Assembly (NCBI GenBank): GCA_001820095.1
Contig: MHOO01000003.1
Coordinates: 987-64,986, forward strand
Direction: 5' to 3'
Length of the DNA: 64,000 nt
Origin: Candidatus Staskawiczbacteria bacterium RIFCSPHIGHO2_01_FULL_39_25
GTDB lineage: Bacteria; Patescibacteriota; Minisyncoccia; Minisyncoccales; Staskawiczbacteraceae
Under the pieces are notes generated by a model. That model was not told the DNA's origin. It saw only the letters and a list, made by a program, of their open reading frames with translations, and ran no database searches. Position 1 is the stretch's first letter; each line of letters begins with the position of its first letter. The translations under genes were made by a program, and so were the position numbers. Below, one piece after another: positions 28,834 through 38,531 of the stretch.

Positions 28834-29760
28834 ATGATTTCATTTCCATTACCGCCTAAGGTTATTAAAAAAGATGATAACCAGGCCATTTTTGAAATCC
28901 ATGGGCTGTATCCTGGCTACGGGGTAACTATTGGAAATACGTTGCGAAGGGTGTTACTGTCTTCGTTGGAAGGCGTTGCGGTTACCGAAGTAAAAATCAA
29001 AGGTGTTCCCCATGAGTTTTCCACCATACCCGGAGTTTTGGAAGACACCATTATGATTATTTTAAACCTGAAAAATTTGAGGTTTAAAATCCATGAAGGA
29101 AATTCGCAGAAAGTTGAACTGAAGGTGAGCGGAGAGAAAAAGGTTAAAGGGTCTGATTTCAAGATGTTTCCCCAAATAGAGCTTGCCAATCCTGACCTTC
29201 ATTTAGCTACCATTACTGATAAAAAAACCGAGCTTAATATAGAAATTACCATAGAAAAAGGAATCGGTTATGAACCTAAAGATTACCGGAAAATAAAGAA
29301 ATCAGAAATAGGTTCTATTGCTTTGGATGCTATTTTTACCCCTATTAAAAATGTAAATTTTCATGTTGAAAATATGCGCGTAGGGGAAAGGACTGACTTT
29401 GATAAGTTATCCCTTGAAATCCAAACCGATGGAACTATTACCCCCGAAGAAGCCTTTTATCGGGCATGTGAAATAATACTGAAGCACTTCAATATTATTA
29501 TTGAAGGCAAAACAGCAGAATTACCCAAGGCAGATAAAGAAAGCTCTGGTGGCGATGTTGTCATTACCGCCATTGAAGATTTGAAACTATCAACCAGAAC
29601 TGAAAATGCCTTGCTGGAGAACAGCGTTAAAACTATTGCCGGATTGGTAAAGAAATCTGAAAAATCATTGGCTGAATTAGAAGGAATGGGAGACAAGGCA
29701 ATATCAGAAATCAAGAAAAAATTAAAAAAATTGGGGCTTTCATTAAAGTCTGAAGAGTAA
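28834..29760 (+). CDS. rpoA: RNA polymerase alpha subunit
   Basis: GYGVTIGNTLRRVLLSS, LDAIFTP. Confidence 0.98.
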   Translation: MISFPLPPKVIKKDDNQAIFEIHGLYPGYGVTIGNTLRRVLLSSLEGVAVTEVKIKGVPHEFSTIPGVLEDTIMIILNLKNLRFKIHEGNSQKVELKVSGEKKVKGSDFKMFPQIELANPDLHLATITDKKTELNIEITIEKGIGYEPKDYRKIKKSEIGSIALDAIFTPIKNVNFHVENMRVGERTDFDKLSLEIQTDGTITPEEAFYRACEIILKHFNIIIEGKTAELPKADKESSGGDVVITAIEDLKLSTRTENALLENSVKTIAGLVKKSEKSLAELEGMGDKAISEIKKKLKKLGLSLKSEE

Positions 29761-29766
29761 CATTCT

Positions 29767-30117
29767 ATGCGAAAAAGAAATAAAGGCAGAATATTATCAC
29801 GTCTAAAGAACCAGAGAATAGCGTTGTTAAAATCACTAGCGACGAGCCTTTTTTTGCACGGGAAAATAACTACCACCGAAGCCAAGGCTAAAGAGCTTAG
29901 GAAGGTAGCCGAAAAGTTTATTACAAGAGCCCGGGTTAATTCTGTAGCAAATAGGAGGGTATTATCACAGACCATAACTCCCAGTGTAGTAAAAAAACTG
30001 GTTGATGAAATAGCTCCGAATTACGTCCAACGCCAGGGAGGATATACCAGGATTATAAAAATTGGCCCCCGCAAATCAGATGGGGCGAATATGGTTATCA
30101 TTGAACTGGTAAAATAA
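29767..30117 (+). CDS. rplQ: 50S ribosomal protein L17
   Basis: ITTTEAKAKE, GGYTRIIK. Confidence 0.97.
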   Translation: MRKRNKGRILSRLKNQRIALLKSLATSLFLHGKITTTEAKAKELRKVAEKFITRARVNSVANRRVLSQTITPSVVKKLVDEIAPNYVQRQGGYTRIIKIGPRKSDGANMVIIELVK

Positions 30118-30131
30118 TAATCGCTTATCAT

Positions 30132-30494
30132 ATGGAAATAATAAAAAGAGAAAATCATACTATTGATGCAACTGATAAAGTATTGGGCCGGTTAGCCACC
30201 CAAGTTTCCGTTTTGTTGCGAGGGAAAAATAAGGCGGGGTTTGCTCCTTATAAAGATATTGGGGATTTTGTTACCATAAAGCATGTTGATAAATTAAAGT
30301 TCACTGGGAAAAAATTTGATAATAAAATATATTACCATCACTCGTTGTATCTGGGAGGGTTAAAAAAGGCCACTATGAAAGAGCTTTCCATTAAAAAGGG
30401 CCATTCGGAAATATTCAGAAAAGCGGTCATGGGAATGCTGACCAAGAATAAATTGAGGGCCAGGCAAATTAAACGGTTAATATTTGAAAAGTAA
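30132..30494 (+). CDS. rplM: 50S ribosomal protein L13 (short)
   Basis: IDA..KVLGRLA, LRGKNK. Confidence 0.95.
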   Translation: MEIIKRENHTIDATDKVLGRLATQVSVLLRGKNKAGFAPYKDIGDFVTIKHVDKLKFTGKKFDNKIYYHHSLYLGGLKKATMKELSIKKGHSEIFRKAVMGMLTKNKLRARQIKRLIFEK

Positions 30495-30514
30495 CATTAT
30501 TACAAGCATATACT

Positions 30515-31048
30515 ATGCCAAGAACTAAAAAAACAACTCCAATAGAAAAAGAAATTGAAGCTCCCAAAGAAGCGGTAATGCCGGTTATTTCCGAAGAACA
30601 GGCAGAAAATGGGATGCCCGAAGATTTTCCCATAGAAAAAGAGCTGGCATCAAAGCCAGACCGCTATTTTGAAGCAGTAGGAAGAAGAAAGACTGCCGTA
30701 GCCCGCGTACGTCTTTTTACCAGGGGAGAAAAGCAGTTTTTGATTAACGGAAAACCTTACCAGACGTATTTTACTCTTGAGGAGGACCAGCAAAAATCTA
30801 CCGCTTCTATGAGAAAAATGAAATGCTTGGATAAATTTAAAGTAACTGTCGTGGTAAAAGGTGGAGGGCACAGCGCCCAAGCAGAGGCAGTAAGGCATGG
30901 CACTGCTAGGGTGTTAGTTGATTTTAATAATAATTTTAAGAAACGCTTAAGGAAGGTAGGATATTTAACCCGAGACCCCAGAATGCGAGAGCGAAAAAAG
31001 TTTGGATTAAAACGTGCTAGAAAAGCCCCTCAGTGGGCGAAGAGGTAA
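30515..31048 (+). CDS. rpsI: 30S ribosomal protein S9
   Basis: GRRKTAVARV, ERKKFGL..ARKAPQWAKR. Confidence 0.97.
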   Translation: MPRTKKTTPIEKEIEAPKEAVMPVISEEQAENGMPEDFPIEKELASKPDRYFEAVGRRKTAVARVRLFTRGEKQFLINGKPYQTYFTLEEDQQKSTASMRKMKCLDKFKVTVVVKGGGHSAQAEAVRHGTARVLVDFNNNFKKRLRKVGYLTRDPRMRERKKFGLKRARKAPQWAKR

Positions 31049-31081
31049 GGGAGGACGTTTGAAACAGTTTACTATTTCTAA

Positions 31082-31111
31082 ACAAAAAGCCACATCATGT
31101 GGCTTTTTGTT
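31082..31111. terminator. Bidirectional terminator
   Basis: ACAAAAAGCCACA-TCA-TGTGGCTTTTTGT. Confidence 0.75.
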
Positions 31112-32500
31112 TTAGGGAATCAATCTTTCAGAAGCCAGCATATTTTTCTTAGTTAACAAATAGAGCTGCTTATCTGCCTGGCTAAAATATATTTTGAGTG
31201 GATTATTAGTGTTATTTCTCTCAATTTCTATAGTCTTATCATCTCCCAAAGACAGTTTTTCAGGTAATACAACGGTATTAATGTTGCCCCGGGTGTCAGT
31301 TTCAGAAATAGCTACTTTGTCTCCAAGGTTGAAAATTAGGTACTCATTGTTAAGCCAATAGCAATTGCTGATTTTTTCTGAAAATCTGTTTAATAGCATT
31401 TTTTCTGCTGTGGTTGATGGTATGGAAGAAAATAAGATTTCATGGTCGTTGCAGTAAAGTATTTTCTGCCCATCAGGGGAAATTTTAAAGTCTTTTACGG
31501 AACTATAAAAACTTTCCACTATTTTTAAGCTTGGGTTTACCCATAAGAGAAGCTCGTCTTCCTGTAAAAATACTATTCCTGAAATAATTTTTATCTTATA
31601 AGCGCCATTCTTTTTGATATTCAACGGTTGGAGGTTTATTTTACTCTGCAGATTGCCGGCAACATTAGAAGCATACATAAACCCATCATACGAAAACCAG
31701 GTAATAGTTTGGTTTGCTAATTGATAAACAATAACATTTTTCAAGACCGGCAGGCTTTTCTTGCTTGAATAAAGGTTTTTATCTTTAACGAAGAATATTT
31801 CTTGGTTATCCTGGGGGTTGAAAGAAATTTCTTTTGCATTGGTTAATAGGGGGATAACAGTAATGCTAAATTTCGGTAAAATAAGTTTTATGAGAAAATA
31901 ACTGCCTGAAATGTTTATTAGAGCCCGGCTTGAGTCGCCAGACCACTGCAAATCTAAAACTTGTGGCGCTGTGGTGGGCAAATTTATGCCTGCCAACAAA
32001 GACAGGTTTTGCGCCTGCTGGGTTTTAAGGTTGATAATTTTAAAGTCAACTTTCTTATCTGATATAGCCGCCAGCAATAGGTTATTTTCATTAGGCGACA
32101 GGGAAAAGTAATCAACATTGTTATCTAGCAGTTTAAATGTATTATTCTGTTTTATCAAAATGACGTGTTCTAATTTTGTTACCTCATTTTCTTTTACCGC
32201 CAGGTTTTTCTGGTAATCATAGTAACCTTCTTTCTTTATCGCCACCGAATGGGTCTTTGCCGAAAGGTTTTGCACAAACGCAGAATTTGATAGGATGCCG
32301 GTTTTTGTTTTTATTTTAGAGTCAATAATTACCTCGGCTGATGAGGGCAAGGCTTTCACATAAATTCCGCCCGTAGCCACGATTTTTCTTTTTTCAAAAT
32401 CAATCCTATACCCAAGAGAATAAAGCACAATGTAGGGGGTTATAATAAAAAACAGCGCCGCGCAAATTAGCAGTATGATTAGTCTTGTCTTTTTTGTCAT
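31112..32500 (-). CDS. PEGA-domain / beta-propeller membrane-anchored protein
   Basis: N-terminal TM, TGGIYVKALP, IKKEGYYDY, SP/SGD/SPDG repeats. Confidence 0.75.
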   Translation of the reverse strand: MTKKTRLIILLICAALFFIITPYIVLYSLGYRIDFEKRKIVATGGIYVKALPSSAEVIIDSKIKTKTGILSNSAFVQNLSAKTHSVAIKKEGYYDYQKNLAVKENEVTKLEHVILIKQNNTFKLLDNNVDYFSLSPNENNLLLAAISDKKVDFKIINLKTQQAQNLSLLAGINLPTTAPQVLDLQWSGDSSRALINISGSYFLIKLILPKFSITVIPLLTNAKEISFNPQDNQEIFFVKDKNLYSSKKSLPVLKNVIVYQLANQTITWFSYDGFMYASNVAGNLQSKINLQPLNIKKNGAYKIKIISGIVFLQEDELLLWVNPSLKIVESFYSSVKDFKISPDGQKILYCNDHEILFSSIPSTTAEKMLLNRFSEKISNCYWLNNEYLIFNLGDKVAISETDTRGNINTVVLPEKLSLGDDKTIEIERNNTNNPLKIYFSQADKQLYLLTKKNMLASERLIP

Positions 32501-32537
32501 TGAATAATCCTACCAAAAATAGAGCTTAAATTCACTA

Positions 32538-32566
32538 TTGACATACAGATGTATGGGTGATATAAT
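32538..32566 (+). promoter_or_regulatory. Consensus sigma70 promoter
   Basis: TTGACA-17-TATAAT. Confidence 0.8.
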
Positions 32567-32596
32567 TAAAGATAGTACCTTACTTTAGCTGAAAGG

Positions 32597-32806
32597 ATGC
32601 CTTCTATGTGGTGGTACGTCTATCATCGGCCATCGGTGCAGAATGGTATGGATGCAAGAATAAGAGAGATTGTACAAGCAAGAACCGCAAAAGAAGCGGG
32701 TGAAAAATTAAGAGAAATTGCAAAAAGAGATGGCAAGGTATTCTGTGCTACATTGCATGGTCCTTACCATAGCATGGAAGAGGCCCAAACCGTGCACAAG
32801 TTGTAA
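32597..32806 (+). CDS. Small hypothetical protein
   Basis: Own promoter, GAAAGG before ATG, terminator at 32810-32848. Confidence 0.6.
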   Translation: MPSMWWYVYHRPSVQNGMDARIREIVQARTAKEAGEKLREIAKRDGKVFCATLHGPYHSMEEAQTVHKL

Positions 32807-32900
32807 ATAAAAAAGCCTGGTTCTTCATTGAATCAGGTTATTTTTTTGCAAATTTTTTTGGGTTGACAGCAAAATAAAAAAAGCATAATATAAGCCTACT

Positions 32901-34220
32901 ATGGAACCGGAAATTAAAATCACCAAAGAGTTGCAGGTGGTAACTCTGAAAACAAAAACCGCGGATAAATTCATTATCAGCGGCAATAAAGAATTGGCAG
33001 GAGAGATTGAAGTACGCGGATCTAAAAACGCGGCAGGCCCTGCGCTTGTTGCTTGTTTGCTTACCCAAGAAGAGTGCATCATTGATAACCTGCCTCTTAT
33101 TGAAGATATTTCCATTACCCTTGAAATTTTAAAGGATTTAGGGGCAGAGGTAGAATTTTTGTCGGAGAGAAAAGTAAGAATTAAATGCCAGGACATTAAT
33201 CCTGAAAAAATGGATTTTGTAAAATTTGCAAAGACCAGGATTTCAGTATTATTTTTAGGTCCCTTGTTTGCCCGGTTTAATCAATTTAAATTTCCTTCTC
33301 CCGGCGGAGATAAAATAGGATTGCGGCCGATTACCGTACAACTGAACGCATTAAGAAAACTGGGCGCGCGAATTGAAAAAGAGGGGGAAGCCTATTCGGT
33401 TGAGCGCAACGGGGTTACCGGGAAGGAAATTGTACTGCAGGAATTTTCAGTAACCGCTACCGAAATTATCATGATGGCTTCAGTTTTTGCACAAGGAAAA
33501 ACGGTCATTAAGGGGGCTGCTACCGAGCCACATGTGGAAGATTTGGGAAACATTCTTTTGAAAATGGGGGCGAACATAAAAGGCCACGGTACTCATACTA
33601 TTGAAATTGAGGGTGTTGTATCGCTTCATGGATATGAACATTCGGTGATTGCCGACTACTTAGAGGCGGGAACATTCATGGTGATAGCGGCACTAACTCC
33701 GGGAAGAGTGAAAGTAAAAAACGTTGATTTTAGCCACTTGGATTTATTCTTGTCCAAGCTTGAAGAAATGGGGGTTAACTTTGACAAGGGAGAAAACTCG
33801 GTAACCGTTTTTTATTCCCCGTTTATAAAGCCGGTAAAAGTGCAGGTGCTGCCTCATCCTGGCATTGCTACTGATCTATTGCCTATAATGGTTCCTTTGT
33901 TAACCCGCGCGCAGGGCAAAAGCGTTATCCATGACCCTTTATACGGGGGCAGGTTTGGCTATGTTGATGAGTTAAGAAAAATGGGGGCCGATATAGAAAT
34001 TGTTGACCCGCACCGGTCTTTTGTATTCGGGCCTAACATCTTGAGGGGAATAACCATTGAATCTTCAGACATCAGGGCGGGAGCCGGATTGATTATTGCA
34101 GCCTTGATGGCGGAAGGAAAAACCACGATTAATAATATCTTTCAAATTGACCGCGGATATGAGAGAATAGAAGAACGATTGCAGAAGCTGGGAGCAGACA
34201 TCAGGCGAATTTCAAACTAG
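32901..34220 (+). CDS. murA: UDP-N-acetylglucosamine 1-carboxyvinyltransferase (Asp at Cys115 position)
   Basis: GSKNAA, PGGDKIGLRP, SVTATE, DIRAG, IDRGYE. Confidence 0.95.
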   Translation: MEPEIKITKELQVVTLKTKTADKFIISGNKELAGEIEVRGSKNAAGPALVACLLTQEECIIDNLPLIEDISITLEILKDLGAEVEFLSERKVRIKCQDINPEKMDFVKFAKTRISVLFLGPLFARFNQFKFPSPGGDKIGLRPITVQLNALRKLGARIEKEGEAYSVERNGVTGKEIVLQEFSVTATEIIMMASVFAQGKTVIKGAATEPHVEDLGNILLKMGANIKGHGTHTIEIEGVVSLHGYEHSVIADYLEAGTFMVIAALTPGRVKVKNVDFSHLDLFLSKLEEMGVNFDKGENSVTVFYSPFIKPVKVQVLPHPGIATDLLPIMVPLLTRAQGKSVIHDPLYGGRFGYVDELRKMGADIEIVDPHRSFVFGPNILRGITIESSDIRAGAGLIIAALMAEGKTTINNIFQIDRGYERIEERLQKLGADIRRISN

Positions 34221-34256
34221 CTTGAAATTCGCCCCAATTTAAAATAATATAAATCG

Positions 34257-34369
34257 TCAAAATTTTCCTAGGTCGGGATTTTCCGCTAAAGCGGATAAAT
34301 CTCGCGACCCTATTGTGAAAATTTTGACACCTACTCATTGAAAATTGAAAATTGTAAATTGAAAATTCG
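34257..34369. repeat. Family D element, inverted, with nested hairpin
   Basis: ...TTTTGACACCTACTCA(TTGAAAA)n TTCG before mreB. Confidence 0.75.
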
Positions 34370-34374
34370 TTGAT

Positions 34375-35382
34375 ATGTTTAACAATAAAATAGCTATTGA
34401 CCTTGGAACTTGCAACTCCTTAGTATACTTGCGTGGCAAGGGAGTAGTATTAAGCGAACCTTCTGTGGTGGCAATTTCCTTGTCTGATAATAGGATTCTG
34501 GCGGTAGGGGAAGCAGCAAAAGAAATGATAGGCCGGACTCCGGCTGATATTAAGGTATACCGGCCACTTAAAGACGGCGTCATTGCTGATTACAAAGTAA
34601 CTCAGGCAATGATGCGCCATTTCATTGCCAAGGCAACTCCTAACTTTAACTTTTTTAAGCCTGAACTGGTTATTTCGGTTCCTGCCGGCATTACCAGCAC
34701 CGAGAGGAGAGCGGTCATTGAAGCAGCTCTTTCGGCAGGGGCCAGGCAGGCATTTGTAGCCAAAGAGCCAATTTTAGCAGCCATTGGAGCAGGCATACCG
34801 ATTAACTCGTGCTCCGGCCATATGATTATTGATATTGGAGGGGGAACCTCTGAAGTGGCAGTCATTTCTTTGGGCGGTATTGTGACGGCCCATTCGGTAC
34901 GGGTAGCAGGGGATAAAATAGATCTTGCCATTACCGACTACATAAAAAAGAAATACAATTTAGCCATTGGCACCCAATCGGCAGAAGAAATAAAAATAAA
35001 GGTGGGGACAGCGCTCCCGCAGAAAGAACCCAGGTTTATGGAAATCCAGGGACGCGACTTGATTTTAGGTTTGCCAAGAAATATTAAAATATCAAATAAT
35101 GAGGTGTGCGAAGCAATTTCCGATGTATTGGCTGAAATTATCCAGGCGGCGAAACAGGTCTTATCTGAAACTCCGCCAGAGCTTTCCGCTGATATTATGA
35201 ATAAGGGAATTATTATGGCTGGCGGAGGATCATTGCTTCCTAAAATAAATGAGTTAGTTGCTCAAAGCACCGGGGTCCCCTGTTTTATTGCTGAAGAACC
35301 CTTGTTTTGCGTTATCAAGGGCACCGGCACAGTTTTAGAGCATTTAGAGGAATATAAAAAAGTGGTAATGTCAAAAAAATAG
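34375..35382 (+). CDS. mreB: Rod-shape actin MreB/Mbl, paralog 1
   Basis: IDLGT, EPSVVA, DIGGGT. Confidence 0.92.
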   Translation: MFNNKIAIDLGTCNSLVYLRGKGVVLSEPSVVAISLSDNRILAVGEAAKEMIGRTPADIKVYRPLKDGVIADYKVTQAMMRHFIAKATPNFNFFKPELVISVPAGITSTERRAVIEAALSAGARQAFVAKEPILAAIGAGIPINSCSGHMIIDIGGGTSEVAVISLGGIVTAHSVRVAGDKIDLAITDYIKKKYNLAIGTQSAEEIKIKVGTALPQKEPRFMEIQGRDLILGLPRNIKISNNEVCEAISDVLAEIIQAAKQVLSETPPELSADIMNKGIIMAGGGSLLPKINELVAQSTGVPCFIAEEPLFCVIKGTGTVLEHLEEYKKVVMSKK

Positions 35383-35497
35383 AATCTTGAATTTAGTATC
35401 TTGAAGCTTGAATTGAATTTTGAATTTGGAATGTGATGTTTTACATTCAGTATTCTCTTATTCTATTCTAGATTCAAGATACCAGATTCTAGATTCA
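35381..35497 (+). repeat. Family B element
   Basis: GAATCTT GAATTTA GTATCTT ... TAGATTC AAGATAC CAGATTC TAGATTC. Confidence 0.88.
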
Positions 35498-35504
35498 TAG
35501 TGCT

Positions 35505-36458
35505 GTGCACCAAAAACAGTGGGAATTTTTAAAAAATAAATTTGATAACGACCAGCTTTCCCATGCTTATATCTTTGAAGGCCCCGACCAATTAGGCAAG
35601 CAATTTTTAGCTAAGGAATTTATAAAATATATCCACTGCATCGATTCGCTAAAACCCTGCCAAAATTGCGTTAACTGCAAGCTTATAGAAAAGGAAAATT
35701 TTCCGGATTTATTAGTGGTAAGGTCTAATGCCAGCACTACTTCCCTGAAAGAGCAGGTTGATAACATGGAAATTGATATTTCACAGATAAGGAGCGCGCA
35801 GAATTTTTTAAGCTATAAATCGTACTATGGTTCTTTTAAATCAATGATCATAGATAATGCTGATCGGATGAATGTAGAAGCCCAAAGCTGTTTTTTAAAG
35901 CAGCTTGAGGAGCCAAAGGGCAAAACCATCATGATATTGGTTACCGCAAAGCCGCAGATGCTTTTGCCTACCATTTTTTCACGATGCCAAGCTGTTAAGT
36001 TTTTTTTGGCAAGCGCCGGCGAAATTAAAAAATATTTAGAAAGCAAAAATGTTACGGAAAAAAAAGCAGAATACTTAGCGGAATTGAGCGAGGGAAAGCC
36101 AGGAAGGGCGCTGCAATTTTTGGAAAACTCCGCAGCATTAGAGCACGAGCAAAAAACTCTTCAAGATTTATTGCAGGTTATCAATTCAGATTTGGCAACT
36201 AAGTTCCAGTACGTAAAAAAGTTAAACTTGGAAGAAGGCGGCTTTAACCGCATCATGGAAATCTTGCAGCGATATTTCAGGTATTTGCTCTTGCAAAAAA
36301 ACGGTATTCTTTTAAAAAACCCTGCAGTAGAGACTAAAGCATTTACCATGGGGCAGATTAAGAAAATTATTACGCTGATTGAGGACCTTATCCTTCAGGC
36401 ATCGGTTACCAATACCAGCCCCAAGTTGGCGCTGGAAATACTATTAATGGAAATATAA
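35505..36458 (+). CDS. holB: DNA polymerase III delta' subunit
   Basis: HAYIFEGP, PCQNCVNC, LKQLEEP, TIFSRC. Confidence 0.9.
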   Translation: MHQKQWEFLKNKFDNDQLSHAYIFEGPDQLGKQFLAKEFIKYIHCIDSLKPCQNCVNCKLIEKENFPDLLVVRSNASTTSLKEQVDNMEIDISQIRSAQNFLSYKSYYGSFKSMIIDNADRMNVEAQSCFLKQLEEPKGKTIMILVTAKPQMLLPTIFSRCQAVKFFLASAGEIKKYLESKNVTEKKAEYLAELSEGKPGRALQFLENSAALEHEQKTLQDLLQVINSDLATKFQYVKKLNLEEGGFNRIMEILQRYFRYLLLQKNGILLKNPAVETKAFTMGQIKKIITLIEDLILQASVTNTSPKLALEILLMEI

Positions 36459-36462
36459 ATCA

Positions 36463-36540
36463 CATAACCCATAACATAGAACGCGTAACAAAAAAAACGG
36501 CGTCGTAATTTGTTCCATGTTCCATGTTTCATGTTCCATG
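36463..36540 (+). repeat. Heptamer inverted array (CATAAC/TGTTCCA type); last unit supplies frr ATG
   Basis: TGTTCCA TGTTCCA TGTTTCA TGTTCCA TG. Confidence 0.8.
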
Positions 36541-37095
36541 AATTATAAGGAATTCATTGACAAAGTAAAACCGGAATTTGAAAAAGCCTTTAAGTTTTTA
36601 GAAGGCGAGATTGCCAAAATAAGGACGTCGCGGGCTTCTCCTGCCTTGGTTGAGGATATTCAGGTAAATTGTTTTGGCAATACCTTTGCGTTAAAGCAGT
36701 TGGCGGCTATTTCCTCTCCCCAGCCAAACCAAATTGCCATACAGCCATGGGATGTTTCTTATATTGAACCGATAGAAAAAGCTATTTTACAATCGGGGCT
36801 GGGCATGTCTTCGGCAGTTGATAAGAATATCATAAGGTTAAGCTTGCCATTGCTTACGGAAGAATATCGGCGTAGTTTAATCAAGGTGTTGAATGAAAAA
36901 TCTGAAGATGCGCGCCAAACCATGCGCCATTGGCGGGAAGATGCTTGGAATAAAATTCAAGCTGCCCAAAAAGAAAAGAAAGTTACCGAAGACGATAAAT
37001 TTAAAGCAAAAGATGAATTGCAGAAAATGATTGATGAATACGGCAAAAAGATCAAGGATCTGATTTCAAAAAAGGAAATGGATATAACTGGATAA
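36538..37095 (+). CDS. frr: Ribosome recycling factor
   Basis: IRTSRASP, IQPWD, P.LTEEYR, TEDD. Confidence 0.95.
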   Translation: MNYKEFIDKVKPEFEKAFKFLEGEIAKIRTSRASPALVEDIQVNCFGNTFALKQLAAISSPQPNQIAIQPWDVSYIEPIEKAILQSGLGMSSAVDKNIIRLSLPLLTEEYRRSLIKVLNEKSEDARQTMRHWREDAWNKIQAAQKEKKVTEDDKFKAKDELQKMIDEYGKKIKDLISKKEMDITG

Positions 37096-37104
37096 ATAAA
37101 AAAG

Positions 37105-37174
37105 TTCACCCGGTCAAATAATTTTTGCTTTTGCAAAAATTAAAATCCTAAGGGATTTTATTTGATCGGGTAAA
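37105..37174. repeat. Y-shaped palindromic element, copy 2
   Basis: Same outer stem as 8303-8364, different inner hairpins. Confidence 0.8.
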
Positions 37175-37212
37175 GAATTAATTGAGAGAAAAGAAAAAGA
37201 ATTATTATAACA

Positions 37213-37290
37213 ACAATTGACAATTAACCATTGACAATTGACAGGAGTAAGAACGCTCGGTCAAATGTCAAATGTCAAATGTCAAATGTC
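37213..37290 (+). repeat. Family A element
   Basis: 4+4 heptamers; ends 5 nt before GTG. Confidence 0.9.
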
Positions 37291-37295
37291 ACGTT

Positions 37296-38417
37296 GTGTT
37301 TTTAACTTTACTCATTGCTTTCTTGAGCCTCATAGCCTTAATGATTATCCATGAGTTTGGCCATTTTATCATTGCCAAAAAATTCGGCGTTAAGGTGGAA
37401 GAATTCGGCATAGGGTATCCGCCAAGGATTTTTGGCAAAAAATTCGGGGAAACTATATACTCTATCAATCTGGTGCCGCTGGGGGCCTTTGTGAAAATTT
37501 ATGGAGAAGAAGGCGGGATAGATGATTACCGAAGTTTTGCCAACCTTGCCATTTGGAAACGGATTTTAATTGTCTTGGGCGGCGTCATTGCGTTTTGGGT
37601 GGCGTCAGCCATTATTTTTTCTATTGCGTTTACGATAGGGGCTTTTGTTCCCATTGGAGACCAGGATATCCAAGGGTTTGCTAAAACCCATATTGCCATT
37701 GTGGCAATTGAAAAGGCATCTCCCGCTGATATTGCAGGGTTAAAAACGGGCGATAGGGTGATTAACCTTATTAATGCCAGCCAGAACATAGAGGTTAATA
37801 AAATTGCCGATTTCCAAAAATTTATCCAAGACAATAAAGGGAAATCCATTGCCCTAATTATCAGCAGGGATGGCAAGTATATTCCTTTTACTCTTACTCC
37901 GCGGGCGCAACACGGACCAAATGAAGGTCCTCTGGGCGTTGCGGTGGAAAGAATGGCAGAGGTGATTGAAAAACATCCCTGGTATGAGGCTCCGGTGCGG
38001 GGGACTATTTACTGTGTAACGGCTACGGGCAACGCCGTCAAAAGCATTGTTGACGTTCTGACAAGCATGTTTACAGGAAAAGGAGTTCCTGCGGGAGCGG
38101 AATTTGCCGGTCCTGTTGGCATTACGATCTTTTTGGCGCGGGCGGCTGACTACGGCCTTGGTTTTTTCTTGTATTTCATCGGCTCAATTTCTGTGCTGGT
38201 GGCTTTGTTTAACCTGTTTCCTATTCCTGCTTTAGACGGGGGAAAGCTTTTGTTTTTGATCATTGAAAAAATAAAAGGCAGGCCGGTTTCCGTGAAAATA
38301 GAACAAACATTAACGGTTATATTTTTTATTTTATTAATTTCCATGTCAATTTTTATAACTATTAAGTTTGATATCCCTCGCCTTTCAGATTTTTTTCGGG
38401 CAGGCGTTGGCAAATGA
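37296..38417 (+). CDS. rseP: RseP-like M50 protease with PDZ domain
   Basis: HEFGHF, SPADIAGL..GD, NLFPIPALDGG. Confidence 0.9.
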   Translation: MFLTLLIAFLSLIALMIIHEFGHFIIAKKFGVKVEEFGIGYPPRIFGKKFGETIYSINLVPLGAFVKIYGEEGGIDDYRSFANLAIWKRILIVLGGVIAFWVASAIIFSIAFTIGAFVPIGDQDIQGFAKTHIAIVAIEKASPADIAGLKTGDRVINLINASQNIEVNKIADFQKFIQDNKGKSIALIISRDGKYIPFTLTPRAQHGPNEGPLGVAVERMAEVIEKHPWYEAPVRGTIYCVTATGNAVKSIVDVLTSMFTGKGVPAGAEFAGPVGITIFLARAADYGLGFFLYFIGSISVLVALFNLFPIPALDGGKLLFLIIEKIKGRPVSVKIEQTLTVIFFILLISMSIFITIKFDIPRLSDFFRAGVGK

Positions 38418-38531
38418 TTTTTAATTCAAAATTCAAAAACAATTTAAAAGCACTAATTTAAAAACACGTTTTAATATTTTACATTTATCATTGTTTTTAA
38501 ATTTATCATTTTAAATTTGAAATTATACAAT

